Source: Macrostomum lignano (lineage: Eukaryota). From it: a stretch of 64,000 nt of DNA. Under the pieces are notes generated by a model that searched no databases, was not told where the DNA came from, and saw only the letters and a list, made by a program, of their open reading frames with translations. Below, piece by piece: positions 11,651 through 25,400 of the stretch (its first letter is position 1; every line of letters starts with the position of its first letter). The DNA lies in assembly GCA_002269645.1 (NCBI GenBank), contig NIVC01001928.1:822-64821 (forward strand), written 5' to 3'. Position numbers and translations under genes: made by a program.

Positions 11651-12419
11651 AGACGAAAACCGGTAACTGAATGCCTTACTATAACTTTTGTCTGCGGTCA
11701 AGCGGTCAAGCGAGTAAGCGGCATCGAAAGTATTGGAGATTTCCAAGTTCAGCTAAAGCAGCAAAATTGTTGCAGAAATCGCACGGCACCTTCCTTTGGC
11801 CCAGCCAAAAGATTAATGGCATGCAGGTCCGGTCCCGCTTTGCGCAGGCCGCCGCAACGCAATCAACTATCTGTTTTGGGATAGCATTCGTGTACCAAGG
11901 AACGTGTAGTTAGATTAACATTCGCGAAGAAAACATTGGAAGCAGGTCCGTTGCCAAGGGCTTGCATTGCAGGCGGCATAGCCACCAGTGCAGATACTGA
12001 TAGGTGGGGCAGACGGTCAGAACGTATGTGAGCGAAGCCGAGACGACTGGCGCTTGCACTTCCATAAATCAGGGGAAGTTAAGGCAAATAATTCGGTCGG
12101 TCAGAGTTATACACCAATTCATCGCGACGGACTGGAAACCCAATGCTGATTGCCCTAGTAATAGGCACTGTGTAGACTGTATTGAGTAGAATATAATGGA
12201 GATAAGAATATGAAATTGCAAAGTATAATACAATACATTAGACTCCAGTAGAATTATAGGTAATATCAGAGAAAACTAAAACCCATAGTTCTAGTTGCAC
12301 CTTGGTTTTATTGCTGGGTAGAGCTTGGTAGAGTAGAAATATTTCAAGAAATAATGTTGAGTGAAGAAGAGTGGATAAGACTGAAGTACAAGCGCAGTAG
12401 AGTAGACTAAAATAGGTGA

Positions 12420-12669
12420 AGTAGAGTAGAGCAGAGTAGAGCCGAGTAGAGTTAAGTAGCTCGTAAAATAGAGTAGAGTAGAGTAGAGTAGAGTAGAGTA
12501 GAGTAGAGTAGAGTAGAGTAGAGTAGAGTAGAGTAGAGTAGAGTAGAGTAGAGTAGAGTAGAGTAGAGTAGAGTAGAGTAGAGTAGAGTAGAGCAGAGTA
12601 GAGTAGAGTAGAGTAGAGTAGAGTAGAGTAGAGTAGAGTAGAGTAGAGTAGAGTAGAGTAGAGTAGAGT
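12420..12669. repeat. (GTAGA)n pentanucleotide microsatellite
   Basis: Near-perfect run of about 40 units. Confidence 0.97.
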
Positions 12670-13377
12670 AAAGTGAAGTATATAAATGGGCCTACATGTG
12701 CCCAAGACAGTTCAGTCTGAACCAGCTTCCCCAAACAGGTAAGCAATTTCAGCAAGTGCAGCAAATCTCTTTACTGAAATCGTTGTGTTTGGTTGAAGGA
12801 AAATTCTAGAGAATTCCGCTGGACGATAAGCAAAAATAGATTAAAGTAAGTAGAACGGATTTAAGGCCAGCAACCAATCTCTGCAACACTATAAGCTATC
12901 TTCTGAGCCCTCAATGTGAGGATTGGGGTACGGAACTCAGCCGAGCCAGAAGCAGGATCAGAATATTGCTAAAGCAACAGAAACTAACTTGAAATCGGCG
13001 GCCAGAAGAAGATTGGGAAGGGGGGCAGTGAAAGCAGCATGAAGGAAATGGAGAGAGAGAGAGAGGGGGGGAGAGAAAGAGAGGAAAAACAGCTGGGGTT
13101 TCGGCACAAAAAAATCAATCCCTTAAATGTGTCTTCCCCAGCGATCTACTCTCTACTATGGAGCGACCAGCCCATGGTGTCAGGTTGAGGTCCGAGCGCT
13201 CGTCCCTCGGTCTTCATTTATTATTTCTGGGCACGGAGGCGAGACTTTTGTTGGCATTTTTGGAGTTCGAGAGGCCGATGCAAGAGAGGCTGGGCAGTGT
13301 TTGGACAGTTTCATAGAAGTAGGAACAATTTGGCTTTTATACGTTTTCTTTACTCAAATCATCCTTGATAAGACCTT

Positions 13378-13735
13378 TGATGGCCATAGACAGTTGGTGA
13401 ATGTAGGTACAAGTGGCCATAGACAGTTGGTGAATGTAGGTACAAGTGGCCATAGACAGTTGGTGAATGTAGGTACAAGTGGCCATAGACAGTTGGTGAA
13501 TGTAGGGACAAGTGGCCATAGACAGTTAGTGAATGTAGATACAAGTGGCCATAGACAGTTGGTGAATGTAGGTACAAGTGGCCATAGACAGTTGGTGAAT
13601 GTAGGGACAAGTGGCCATAGACAGTTGGTGAATGTAGGGACAGTTGGTGAAGACATATACAGTTGGCCATAGACAGTTGGTGAATGTAGGGACAAATGGC
13701 CATAGACAGTTGGTGAATGTAGGGACAAATGACAA
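13378..13735. repeat. 33-bp minisatellite (GGCCATAGACAGTTGGTGAATGTAGGTACAAGT)
   Basis: ~10 copies; shares GGCCATAGACAGTTGGTG and ACAAGT with the 30-bp array. Confidence 0.93.
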
Positions 13736-15244
13736 CGAACATACTGTGTTATAGGTTGTGTTTAGTGGTTAATCACTTTTTGTTGCATATTTTGTCTGCA
13801 CCTCAGATGATTCCTACTGTGTTTTCGCACCATTGTCTAGTCTCTTCTTGTGGTTGTAACACACAGACAGCAGCTTCTTTCAAAAAAGCAGGTCGCGGGA
13901 TAAGCTTCACTCTGCTCAGGTTCGAATAGATCTGCCTTCTTGCTCCGAGGCACAGTTAAGTACTAGTATATTGCTGTGTCAACATCAATAGGGAAGTGCT
14001 CCGACTCCTGTAGCTTTGTACGGTTCCTGTGTTTTGCATTGCTGTGTTGGAACATTTTCTAACACCAAATTTTCCACTCTGGGATCAGTTAAGGTCACAA
14101 AAATCAAGTGCTTCAATAGCTATGCTCGGTCCATGGTTGCTGCATCATTTCACGAGTCAGCACAATGAGTCATCGCTTGGCCATCAATCATTAGCGACTC
14201 TTTTACTGCCGATTGTGATTAGTAGTTTACAAAGTCAACTATTTGACCGAATGTGTCTTCGATTGTGACTGTGAAAATCATAACTGTGACATTCATGTGA
14301 ATTCACTTTCACATTCATGTGACTGTGAATGTGAAAACCGATTGAGACTTTGCTGTAGAGAGGGCTGCCGCAACTTCCAAAGACAGTCGATCCGCAGCCA
14401 GCATATTCCGCACAGCGAACCCGACTATTCTCATCGTCAGGAATGTACACCTGGGCGGTTGACCCTCCAAGTCGCAGGTCAATAGCGACTGCGCACGAAA
14501 CCGATCCCGAGAACTTTGGAGTGAGCCAGATGCGTTACCCGCTCGGAGCGACTCGTCACCCCTCAGGACCGTACGAATCCGGGGTAGCAATAAGTAGAAA
14601 AGCACACTTAATATTTTGAACCCGAGAACAACCGAAGGACTTTAAGCGACCGATGTAAAAAAGCGAACAGGTCAAGCATGATGGCAACCCATGCAGCGGG
14701 GCGCGACCGAGCACATGAGACCCTGCCTGCAGTAGCCGAGATCCAGCTTGATTTACAGCCAATTCAACAGTGCAGCCCGCGGAGCCGTCCCCGGTCTCCT
14801 CAACTAAAAGAAACTCGACTGGCTCTGTTTAACTGGCCTTCTGCCCTCAGCCCAGCTCAGTATTAATCATGCGGCCATGCCGGTCCTAATCGTGCTTCGC
14901 AGGCGGCATCTGGTTGCGATGCCGAAGGGGACCAGAAGCCGATCCCAAGGGGGCCGCCCGCGGGGCTGTCCCTCTGCAGCTCCTCCTCAGCTCCCTCACT
15001 TTTTCTCTGCCGCGTCTCTGTCTTCTCGGCTTCTGGCTTCTCTTGTCCGTTTGGTTGGGCCAACTGTTCTGAGAGGGAGCTGGGGTGAGAAGAGGAGAAC
15101 AGAGAGACTGCAGGGGCATCACGGATACAAAATACTTTAAACTACTAATGAATTATGTTTGTCTGGTGCCTAGAAGTGCCTGAGTAATTTGATATCCTGA
15201 CAGACACTGTTGGAGGAAAGCTTTCAAGCCCTCAACCCAGCTAA

Positions 15245-15378
15245 AGTGACTAACTGACTGACTGACTGACTGACTGACTGACTGACTGACTGACTAACTG
15301 ACTGACTGACTGACTGACTGACTGACTGACTGACTGACTGACTGACTGACTGACTGACTGACTGACTGACTGACTGAC
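15245..15378. repeat. (GACT)n tetranucleotide microsatellite
   Basis: Directly visible. Confidence 0.97.
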
Positions 15379-15463
15379 ACTAAGACAGACATGAGGCGGC
15401 AAAAATAGACACAGCTAGGTGAGAAAGGAAGATGTGGCAAGGGCAGCCCGCAGATGAAGGGCA

Positions 15464-15869
15464 TCAAGGCGGCATCCGGATGAGCAGAAAGCAGGGAGAA
15501 TGTGAGCTCAGCGAGTGGCTGCAGGCCGCATCCCCTGTATCAGGCCGTAGGCTGTGCTGGCAGCCCTTGAGTTTGGCAGCAGCGGCGCGAGGACCTGGCA
15601 GGGGCCAGGTGTAATTCGCGGAAGCGGCAGAGACCACCGCCCCCACCTGTTTTCCACTTCCTGCGACTGCAGCACCGGGCGGATAGGGAAAAAATCGCAC
15701 ACCCTCTAACCACACCGGGTCTCCGCTTCCGTCAATATCTCCCAGTTCTGTTCCCGACTCTGCCCTTGAAGCTCTCTCCGCCTGCATGCCGCTCCGCTCT
15801 GCGCAGAGGCAACATCTAAACAAGTGCCCTCGGTCCGGGAGGGCCAAACTTTCTGATGGCATTGTGTTC
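15464..15869 (-). CDS. Putative coding exon of an unassigned gene
   Basis: GC-rich stop-free frame (NTMPSESLALPDRGHLFRCCLCAERS...) following a tgtgtttacag acceptor; no family recognised. Confidence 0.3.
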
Positions 15870-16432
15870 CTGTAAACACATCGAAATGTCATACTAGCTC
15901 GTAGAGGCAGGAGAGAGAGATTAGACAGAGAGTGGGAGACGCACCAGCACAGATTGGGGTGGTTGGTGGATGTTGGGGGGGGGGGAACAAGACCCTGTCT
16001 GGGGTACGGGGTGGGAGAACGTGAGCCCTGAAGTTGATGCTGTGGCACCCAGGACTGAAGACACCCTCACAGCAGTGCTTGGGGAATTCCAGCTGGCTGG
16101 CGTAGCCGACCACCCCAAAACCGGACAAAGTGAAAGGCTGCGGCGCAAACCTACAGCCCCACCCCATCCTCCGGAACGGCGGGGGGTCAAGCAGCTGCAG
16201 GTTGGCCGAACTACAAAAATGAATAAATTGTTGCACAAGAAATCACTCTGTAAAATCGCGCACTGCAAAAAACTGACAGGCTGCGGCAGCTGCAGGGAGT
16301 GAAGCGAATGAGTGACAAGCGGAGTGTGCCGCTGAAATATTAGAGCTGACCGATCGTGGCTTAATCGTTCAAAATCATAAACACTTTCTAGCGTAGAATT
16401 TAGACTGAAATATTTCCAAAATGCATTCATTT

Positions 16433-19400
16433 ATGGCTATAGATTAGCAATCCATTCTATTCCTTCAACCCTGATGGCTATAGATTAGCAATCCATTCTA
16501 TTCCTTCAACCCTGATGGCTATAGATTAGCAATCCATTCTATTCCTTCATCCGTGATGGCTATAGATTAGAAATCCATTCTATTGCTTCATCCGTGATGG
16601 CTATAGATTAGCAATCCATTCTATTCCTTCATCCCTGATGGCTATAGATTAGCAATCCATTCTATTGCTTCATCCGTGATGGCTATAGATTAGCAATCCA
16701 TTCTATTCCTTCATCCGTGATGGCTATAGATTAGCAATCCATTCTATTCCTTCAACCCTGATGGCTATAGATTAGCAATCCATTCTATTCCTTCATCCGT
16801 GATGGCTATAGATTAGCAATCCATTCTATTCCTTCATCCGTGATGGCTATAGATTAGCAATCCATTCTATTCCTTCATCCGTGATGGCTATAGATTAGCA
16901 ATCCATTCTATTCCTTCATCCCTGATGGAGCTATAGATTAGCAATCCATTCTATTCCTTCATCCCTGATGGAGCTATAGATTAGCAATCCATTCTATTCC
17001 TTCATCCCTGATGGAGCTATAGATTAGCAATCCATTCTATTCCTTCATCTGTGATGGCTATAGATTAGCAATCCATTCTATTCCTTCAACCCTGATGGCT
17101 ATAGATTAGCAATCCATTCTATTCCTTCATCCCTGATGGCTATAGATTAGCAATCCATTCTATTCCTTCAACCCTGATGGCTATAGATTAGCAATCCATT
17201 CTATTCCTTCATCTGTGATGGCTATAGATTAGCAATCCATTCTATTCCTTCAACCCTGATGGCTATAGATTAGCAATCCATTCTATTCCTTCATCCCTGA
17301 TGGAGCTATAGATTAGCAATCCATTCTATTCCTTCATCCCTGATGGCTATAGATTAGCAATCCATTCTATTCCTTCAACCCTGATGGCTATAGATTAGCA
17401 ATCCATTCTATTCCTTCTTCTGTGATGGCTATAGATTAGCAATCCATTCTATTCCTTCAACCCTGATGGCTATAGATTAGCAATCCATTCTATTCCTTCA
17501 TCCCTGATGGCTATAGATTAGCAATCCATTCTATTCCTTCATCCCTGATGGTTATAGATTAGCAATCCATTCTATTCCTTCAACCCTGATGGCTATAGAT
17601 TAGCAATCCATTCTATTCCTTCATCCCTGATGGCTATAGATTAGCAATCCATTCTATTCCTTCAACCCTGATGGCTATAGATTAGCAATCCATTCTATTC
17701 CTTCATCCGTGATGGCTATAGATTAGCAATCCATTCTATTCCTTCATCCGTGATGGCTATAGATTAGCAATCCATTCTATTCCTTCATCTGTGATGGCTA
17801 TAGATTAGCAATCCATTCTATTCCTTCAACCCTGATGGCTATAGATTAGCAATCCATTCTATTCCTTCATCCGTGATGGCTATAGATTAGCAATCCATTC
17901 TATTCCTTCATCCGTGATGGCTATAGATTAGCAATCCATTCTATTCCTTCATCCCTGATGGCTATAGATTAGCAATCCATTCTATTCCTTCATCCCTGAT
18001 GGAGCTATAGATTAGCAATCCATTCTATTCCTTCATCCCTGATGGAGCTATAGATTAGCAATCCATTCTATTCCTTCATCCCTGATGGAGCTATAGATTA
18101 GCAATCCATTCTATTCCTTCATCCGTGATGGCTATAGATTAGCAATCCATTCTATTCCTTCATCCGTGATGGCTATAGATTAGCAATCCATTCTATTCCT
18201 TTATCTGTGATGGCTATAGATTAGCAATCCATTCTATTCCTTCAACCCTGATGGCTATAGATTAGCAATCCATTCTATTCCTTCATCCCTGATGGCTATA
18301 GATTAGCAATCCATTCTATTCCTTCAACCCTGATGGCTATAGATTAGCAATCCATTCTATTCCTTCATCCGTGATGGCTATAGATTAGCAATCCATTCTA
18401 TTCCTTCATCCGTGATGGCTATAGATTAGCAATCCATTCTATTCCTTCATCTGTGATGGCTATAGATTAGCAATCCATTCTATTCCTTCATCCCTGATGG
18501 CTATAGATTAGCAATCCATTCTATTCCTTCATCTGTGATGGCTATAGATTAGCAATCCATTCTATTCCTTCAACCCTGATGGCTATAGATTAGCAATCCA
18601 TTCTATTCCTTCATCCCTGATGGCTATAGATTAGCAATCCATTCTATTCCTTCACCCTGATGGCTATAGATTAGCAATCCATTCTATTCCTTCATCCGTG
18701 ATGGCTATAGATTAGCAATCCATTCTATTCCTTCATCCGTGATGGCTATAGATTAGCAATCCATTCTATTCCTTCATCTGTGATGGCTATAGATTAGCAA
18801 TCCATTCTATTCCTTCACCCTGATGGCTATAGATTAGCAATCCATTCTATTCCTTCATCCGTGATGGCTATAGATTAGCAATCCATTCTATTCCTTCATC
18901 CGTGATGGCTATAGATTAGCAATCCATTCTATTCCTTCATCCCTGATGGCTATAGATTAGCAATCCATTCTATTCCTTCATCCCTGATGGCTATAGATTA
19001 GCAATCCATTCTATTCCTTCATCCCTGATGGCTATAGATTAGCAATCCATTCTATTCCTTCATCCGTGATGGCTATAGATTAGCAATCCATTCTATTCCT
19101 TCATCCGTGATGGCTATAGATTAGCAATCCATTCTATTCCTTCATCTGTGATGGCTATAGATTAGCAATCCATTCTATTCCTTCATCCCTGATGGCTATA
19201 GATTAGCAATCCATTCTATTCCTTCATCCGTGGGCTATAGATTAGCAATCCATTCTATTCCTTCATCCGTGATGGCTATAGATTAGCAATCCATTCTATT
19301 CCTTCATCCGTGATGGCTATAGATTAGCAATCCATTCTATTCCTTCATCCCTGATGGCTATAGATTAGCAATCCATTCTATTCCTTCATCCCTGATGGCT

Positions 19401-22400
19401 ATAGATTAGCAATCCATTCTATTCCTTCATCCCTGATGGCTATAGATTAGCAATCCATTCTATTCCTTCATCCCTGATGGCTATAGATTAGCAATCCATT
19501 CTATTCCTTCATCCCTGATGGCTATAGATTAGCAATCCATTCTATTCCTTCATCCCTGATGGCTATAGATTAGCAATCCATTCTATTCCTTCATCCCTGA
19601 TGGCTATAGATTAGCAATCCATTCTATTCCTTCATCCCTGATGGCTATAGATTAGCAATCCATTCTATTCCTTCATCCCTGATGGCTATAGATTAGCAAT
19701 CCATTCTATTCCTTCATCCGTGATGGCTATAGATTAGCAATCCATTCTATTCCTTCATCCGTGATGGCTATAGATTAGCAATCCATTCTATTCCTTCATC
19801 CCTGATGGCTATAGATTAGCAATCCATTCTATTCCTTCATCCCTGATGGCTATAGATTAGCAATCCATTCTATTCCTTCATCCCTGATGGCTATAGATTA
19901 GCAATCCATTCTATTCCTTCATCCGTGATGGCTATAGATTAGCAATCCATTCTATTCCTTCATCCGTGATGGCTATAGATTAGCAATCCATTCTATTCCT
20001 TCATCCCTGATGGCTATAGATTAGCAATCCATTCTATTCCTTCATCCCTGATGGCTATAGATTAGCAATCCATTCTATTCCTTCATCCCTGATGGCTATA
20101 GATTAGCAATCCATTCTATTCCTTCATCCGTGATGGCTATAGATTAGCAATCCATTCTATTCCTTCATCCGTGATGGCTATAGATTAGCAATCCATTCTA
20201 TTCCTTCATCTGATGGCTATAGATTAGCAATCCATTCTATTCCTTCATCCTGATGGCTATAGATTAGCAATCCATTCTATTCCTTCATCCCTGATGGCTA
20301 TAGATTAGCAATCCATTCTATTCCTTCATCCCTGATGGCTATAGATTAGCAATCCATTCTATTCCTTCATCCGTGATGGCTATAGATTAGCAATCCATTC
20401 TATTCCTTCATCCGTGATGGCTATAGATTAGCAATCCATTCTATTCCTTCATCCTGATGATGGCTATAGATTAGCAATCCATTCTATTCCTTCATCCCTG
20501 ATGGCTATAGATTAGCAATCCATTCTATTCCTTCATCCGTGATGGCTATAGATTAGCAATCCATTCTATTCCTTCATCCGTGATGGCTATAGATTAGCAA
20601 TCCATTCTATTCCTTCATCCCTGATGGCTATAGATTAGCAATCCATTCTATTCCTTCATCCCTGATGGCTATAGATTAGCAATCCATTCTATTCCTTCAT
20701 CCCTGATGGCTATAGATTAGCAATCCATTCTATTCCTTCATCCCTGATGGCTATAGATTAGCAATCCATTCTATTCCTTCATCCCTGATGGCTATAGATT
20801 AGCAATCCATTCTATTCCTTCATCCCTGATGGCTATAGATTAGCAATCCATTCTATTCCTTCATCTGTGATGGCTATAGATTAGCAATCCATTCTATTCC
20901 TTCATCCCTGATGGCTATAGATTAGCAATCCATTCTATTCCTTCATCCCTGATGGCTATAGATTAGCAATCCATTCTATTCCTTCATCCCTGTGATGGCT
21001 ATAGATTAGCAATCCATTCTATTCCTTCATCCCTGATGGCTATAGATTAGCAATCCATTCTATTCCTTCATCCCTGATGGCTATAGATTAGCAATCCATT
21101 CTATTCCTTCATCCTGATGGCTATAGATTAGCAATCCATTCTATTCCTTCATCCCTGATGGCTATAGATTAGCAATCCATTCTATTCCTTCATCCCTGAT
21201 GGCTATAGATTAGCAATCCATTCTATTCCTTCATCCTGTGATGGCTATAGATTAGCAATCCATTCTATTCCTTCATCCCTGATGGCTATAGATTAGCAAT
21301 CCATTCTATTCCTTCATCCCTGATGGCTATAGATTAGCAATCCATTCTATTCCTTCATCCGTGATGGCTATAGATTAGCAATCCATTCTATTCCTTCATC
21401 CCTGATGGCTATAGATTAGCAATCCATTCTATTCCTTCATCCCTGATGGCTATAGATTAGCAATCCATTCTATTCCTTCATCCGTGATGGCTATAGATTA
21501 GCAATCCATTCTATTCCTTCATCCGTGATGGCTATAGATTAGCAATCCATTCTATTCCTTCATCCCTGATGGCTATAGATTAGCAATCCATTCTATTCCT
21601 TCATCCTGATGGCTATAGATTAGCAATCCATTCTATTCCTTCATCCCTGATGGCTATAGATTAGCAATCCATTCTATTCCTTCATCCGTGATGGCTATAG
21701 ATTAGCAATCCATTCTATTCCTTCATCCGTGATGGCTATAGATTAGCAATCCATTCTATTCCTTCATCCTGTGATGGCTATAGATTAGCAATCCATTCTA
21801 TTCCTTCATCCCTGATGGCTATAGATTAGCAATCCATTCTATTCCTTCATCCCTGATGGCTATAGATTAGCAATCCATTCTATTCCTTCATCCGTGATGG
21901 CTATAGATTAGCAATCCATTCTATTCCTTCATCCGTGATGGCTATAGATTAGCAATCCATTCTATTCCTTCATCCCTGATGGCTATAGATTAGCAATCCA
22001 TTCTATTCCTTCATCCTGATGGCTATAGATTAGCAATCCATTCTATTCCTTCATCCCTGATGGCTATAGATTAGCAATCCATTCTATTCCTTCATCCCTG
22101 ATGGCTATAGATTAGCAATCCATTCTATTCCTTCATCCGTGATGGCTATAGATTAGCAATCCATTCTATTCCTTCATCCGTGATGGCTATAGATTAGCAA
22201 TCCATTCTATTCCTTCATCCGTGATGGCTATAGATTAGCAATCCATTCTATTCCTTCATCCCTGATGGCTATAGATTAGCAATCCATTCTATTCCTTCAT
22301 CCCTGATGGCTATAGATTAGCAATCCATTCTATTCCTTCATCCCTGATGGCTATAGATTAGCAATCCATTCTATTCCTTCATCCGTGATGGCTATAGATT

Positions 22401-25400
22401 AGCAATCCATTCTATTCCTTCATCCGTGATGGCTATAGATTAGCAATCCATTCTATTCCTTCATCCTGATGGCTATAGATTAGCAATCCATTCTATTCCT
22501 TCATCCCTGATGGCTATAGATTAGCAATCCATTCTATTCCTTCATCCGTGATGGCTATAGATTAGCAATCCATTCTATTCCTTCATCCGTGATGGCTATA
22601 GATTAGCAATCCATTCTATTCCTTCATCTGATGGCTATAGATTAGCAATCCATTCTATTCCTTCATCCCTGATGGCTATAGATTAGCAATCCATTCTATT
22701 CCTTCATCCCTGATGGCTATAGATTAGCAATCCATTCTATTCCTTCATCCGTGATGGCTATAGATTAGCAATCCATTCTATTCCTTCATCCGTGATGGCT
22801 ATAGATTAGCAATCCATTCTATTCCTTCATCCCTGTGATGGCTATAGATTAGCAATCCATTCTATTCCTTCATCCCTGATGGCTATAGATTAGCAATCCA
22901 TTCTATTCCTTCATCCCTGATGGCTATAGATTAGCAATCCATTCTATTCCTTCATCCGTGATGGCTATAGATTAGCAATCCATTCTATTCCTTCATCCGT
23001 GATGGCTATAGATTAGCAATCCATTCTATTCCTTCATCCCTGATGGCTATAGATTAGCAATCCATTCTATTCCTTCATCCCTGATGGCTATAGATTAGCA
23101 ATCCATTCTATTCCTTCATCCCTGATGGCTATAGATTAGCAATCCATTCTATTCCTTCATCCCTGATGGCTATAGATTAGCAATCCATTCTATTCCTTCA
23201 TCCCTGATGGCTATAGATTAGCAATCCATTCTATTCCTTCATCCCTGATGGCTATAGATTAGCAATCCATTCTATTCCTTCATCCCTGATGGCTATAGAT
23301 TAGCAATCCATTCTATTCCTTCATCCCTGATGGCTATAGATTAGCAATCCATTCTATTCCTTCATCCCTGATGGCTATAGATTAGCAATCCATTCTATTC
23401 CTTCATCCCTGATGGCTATAGATTAGCAATCCATTCTATTCCTTCATCCGTGATGGCTATAGATTAGCAATCCATTCTATTCCTTCATCCGTGATGGCTA
23501 TAGATTAGCAATCCATTCTATTCCTTCATCCTGTGATGGCTATAGATTAGCAATCCATTCTATTCCTTCATCCCTGATGGCTATAGATTAGCAATCCATT
23601 CTATTCCTTCATCCGTGATGGCTATAGATTAGCAATCCATTCTATTCCTTCATCCCTGATGGCTATAGATTAGCAATCCATTCTATTCCTTCATCCCTGA
23701 TGGAGATAGCAATCCATTCTATTCCTTCATCCCTGATGGCTATAGATTAGCAATCCATTCTATTCCTTCATCCGTGATGGCTATAGATTAGCAATCCATT
23801 CTATTCCTTCATCCGTGATGGCTATAGATTAGCAATCCATTCTATTCCTTCATCTGTGGCTATAGATTAGCAATCCATTCTATTCCTTCATCCCTGATGG
23901 CTATAGATTAGCAATCCATTCTATTCCTTCATCCGTGATGGCTATAGATTAGCAATCCATTCTATTCCTTCATCCTGATGGCTATAGATTAGCAATCCAT
24001 TCTATTCCTTCATCCGTGATGGCTATAGATTAGCAATCCATTCTATTCCTTCATCCCTGATGGCTATAGATTAGCAATCCATTCTATTCCTTCATCCGTG
24101 ATGGCTATAGATTAGCAATCCATTCTATTCCTTCATCCCTGATGGCTATAGATTAGCAATCCATTCTATTCCTTCATCCGTGATGGCTATAGATTAGCAA
24201 TCCATTCTATTCCTTCATCCGTGATGGCTATAGATTAGCAATCCATTCTATTCCTTCATCCCTGATGGCTATAGATTAGCAATCCATTCTATTCCTTCAT
24301 CCCTGATGGCTATAGATTAGCAATCCATTCTATTCCTTCATCCCTGATGGAGCTATAGATTAGCAATCCATTCTATTCCTTCATCCGTGATGGCTATAGA
24401 TTAGCAATCCATTCTATTCCTTCATCCGTGATGGCTATAGATTAGCAATCCATTCTATTCCTTCATCTGTGATGGCTATAGATTAGCAATCCATTCTATT
24501 CCTTCAACCCTGATGGCTATAGATTAGCAATCCATTCTATTCCTTCATCCGTGATGGCTATAGATTAGCAATCCATTCTATTCCTTCATCCGTGATGGCT
24601 ATAGATTAGCAATCCATTCTATTCCTTCATCCGTGATGGCTATAGATTAGCAATCCATTCTATTCCTTCATCCCTGATGGCTATAGATTAGCAATCCATT
24701 CTATTCCTTCATCCTGATGGCTATAGATTAGCAATCCATTCTATTCCTTCATCCCTGATGGCTATAGATTAGCAATCCATTCTATTCCTTCATCCGTGAT
24801 GGCTATAGATTAGCAATCCATTCTATTCCTTCATCCGTGATGGCTATAGATTAGCAATCCATTCTATTCCTTCATCCCTGATGGCTATAGATTAGCAATC
24901 CATTCTATTCCTTCATCCCTGATGGCTATAGATTAGCAATCCATTCTATTCCTTCATCCCTGATGGCTATAGATTAGCAATCCATTCTATTCCTTCATCC
25001 GTGATGGCTATAGATTAGCAATCCATTCTTTTCCTTCATCCGTGATGGCTATAGATTAGCAATCCATTCTATTCCTTCATCTGTGATGGCTATAGATTAG
25101 CAATCCATTCTATTCCTTCACCCTGATGGCTATAGATTAGCAATCCATTCTATTCCTTCATCCGTGATGGCTATAGATTAGCAATCCATTCTATTCCTTC
25201 ATCCGTGATGGCTATAGATTAGCAATCCATTCTATTCCTTCATCCCTGATGGCTATAGATTAGCAATCCATTCTATTCCTTCATCCGTGATGGCTATAGA
25301 TTAGCAATCCATTCTATTCCTTCATCCCTGATGGCTATAGATTAGCAATCCATTCTATTCCTTCATCCGTGATGGCTATAGATTAGCAATCCATTCTATT

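Noticed and set aside
10982-13742. Repetitive ORFs (HPPTVYG, DGTSGHRQLV, YSTLL)
   Set aside because: Arise from the 30-bp, 33-bp and pentamer repeats.
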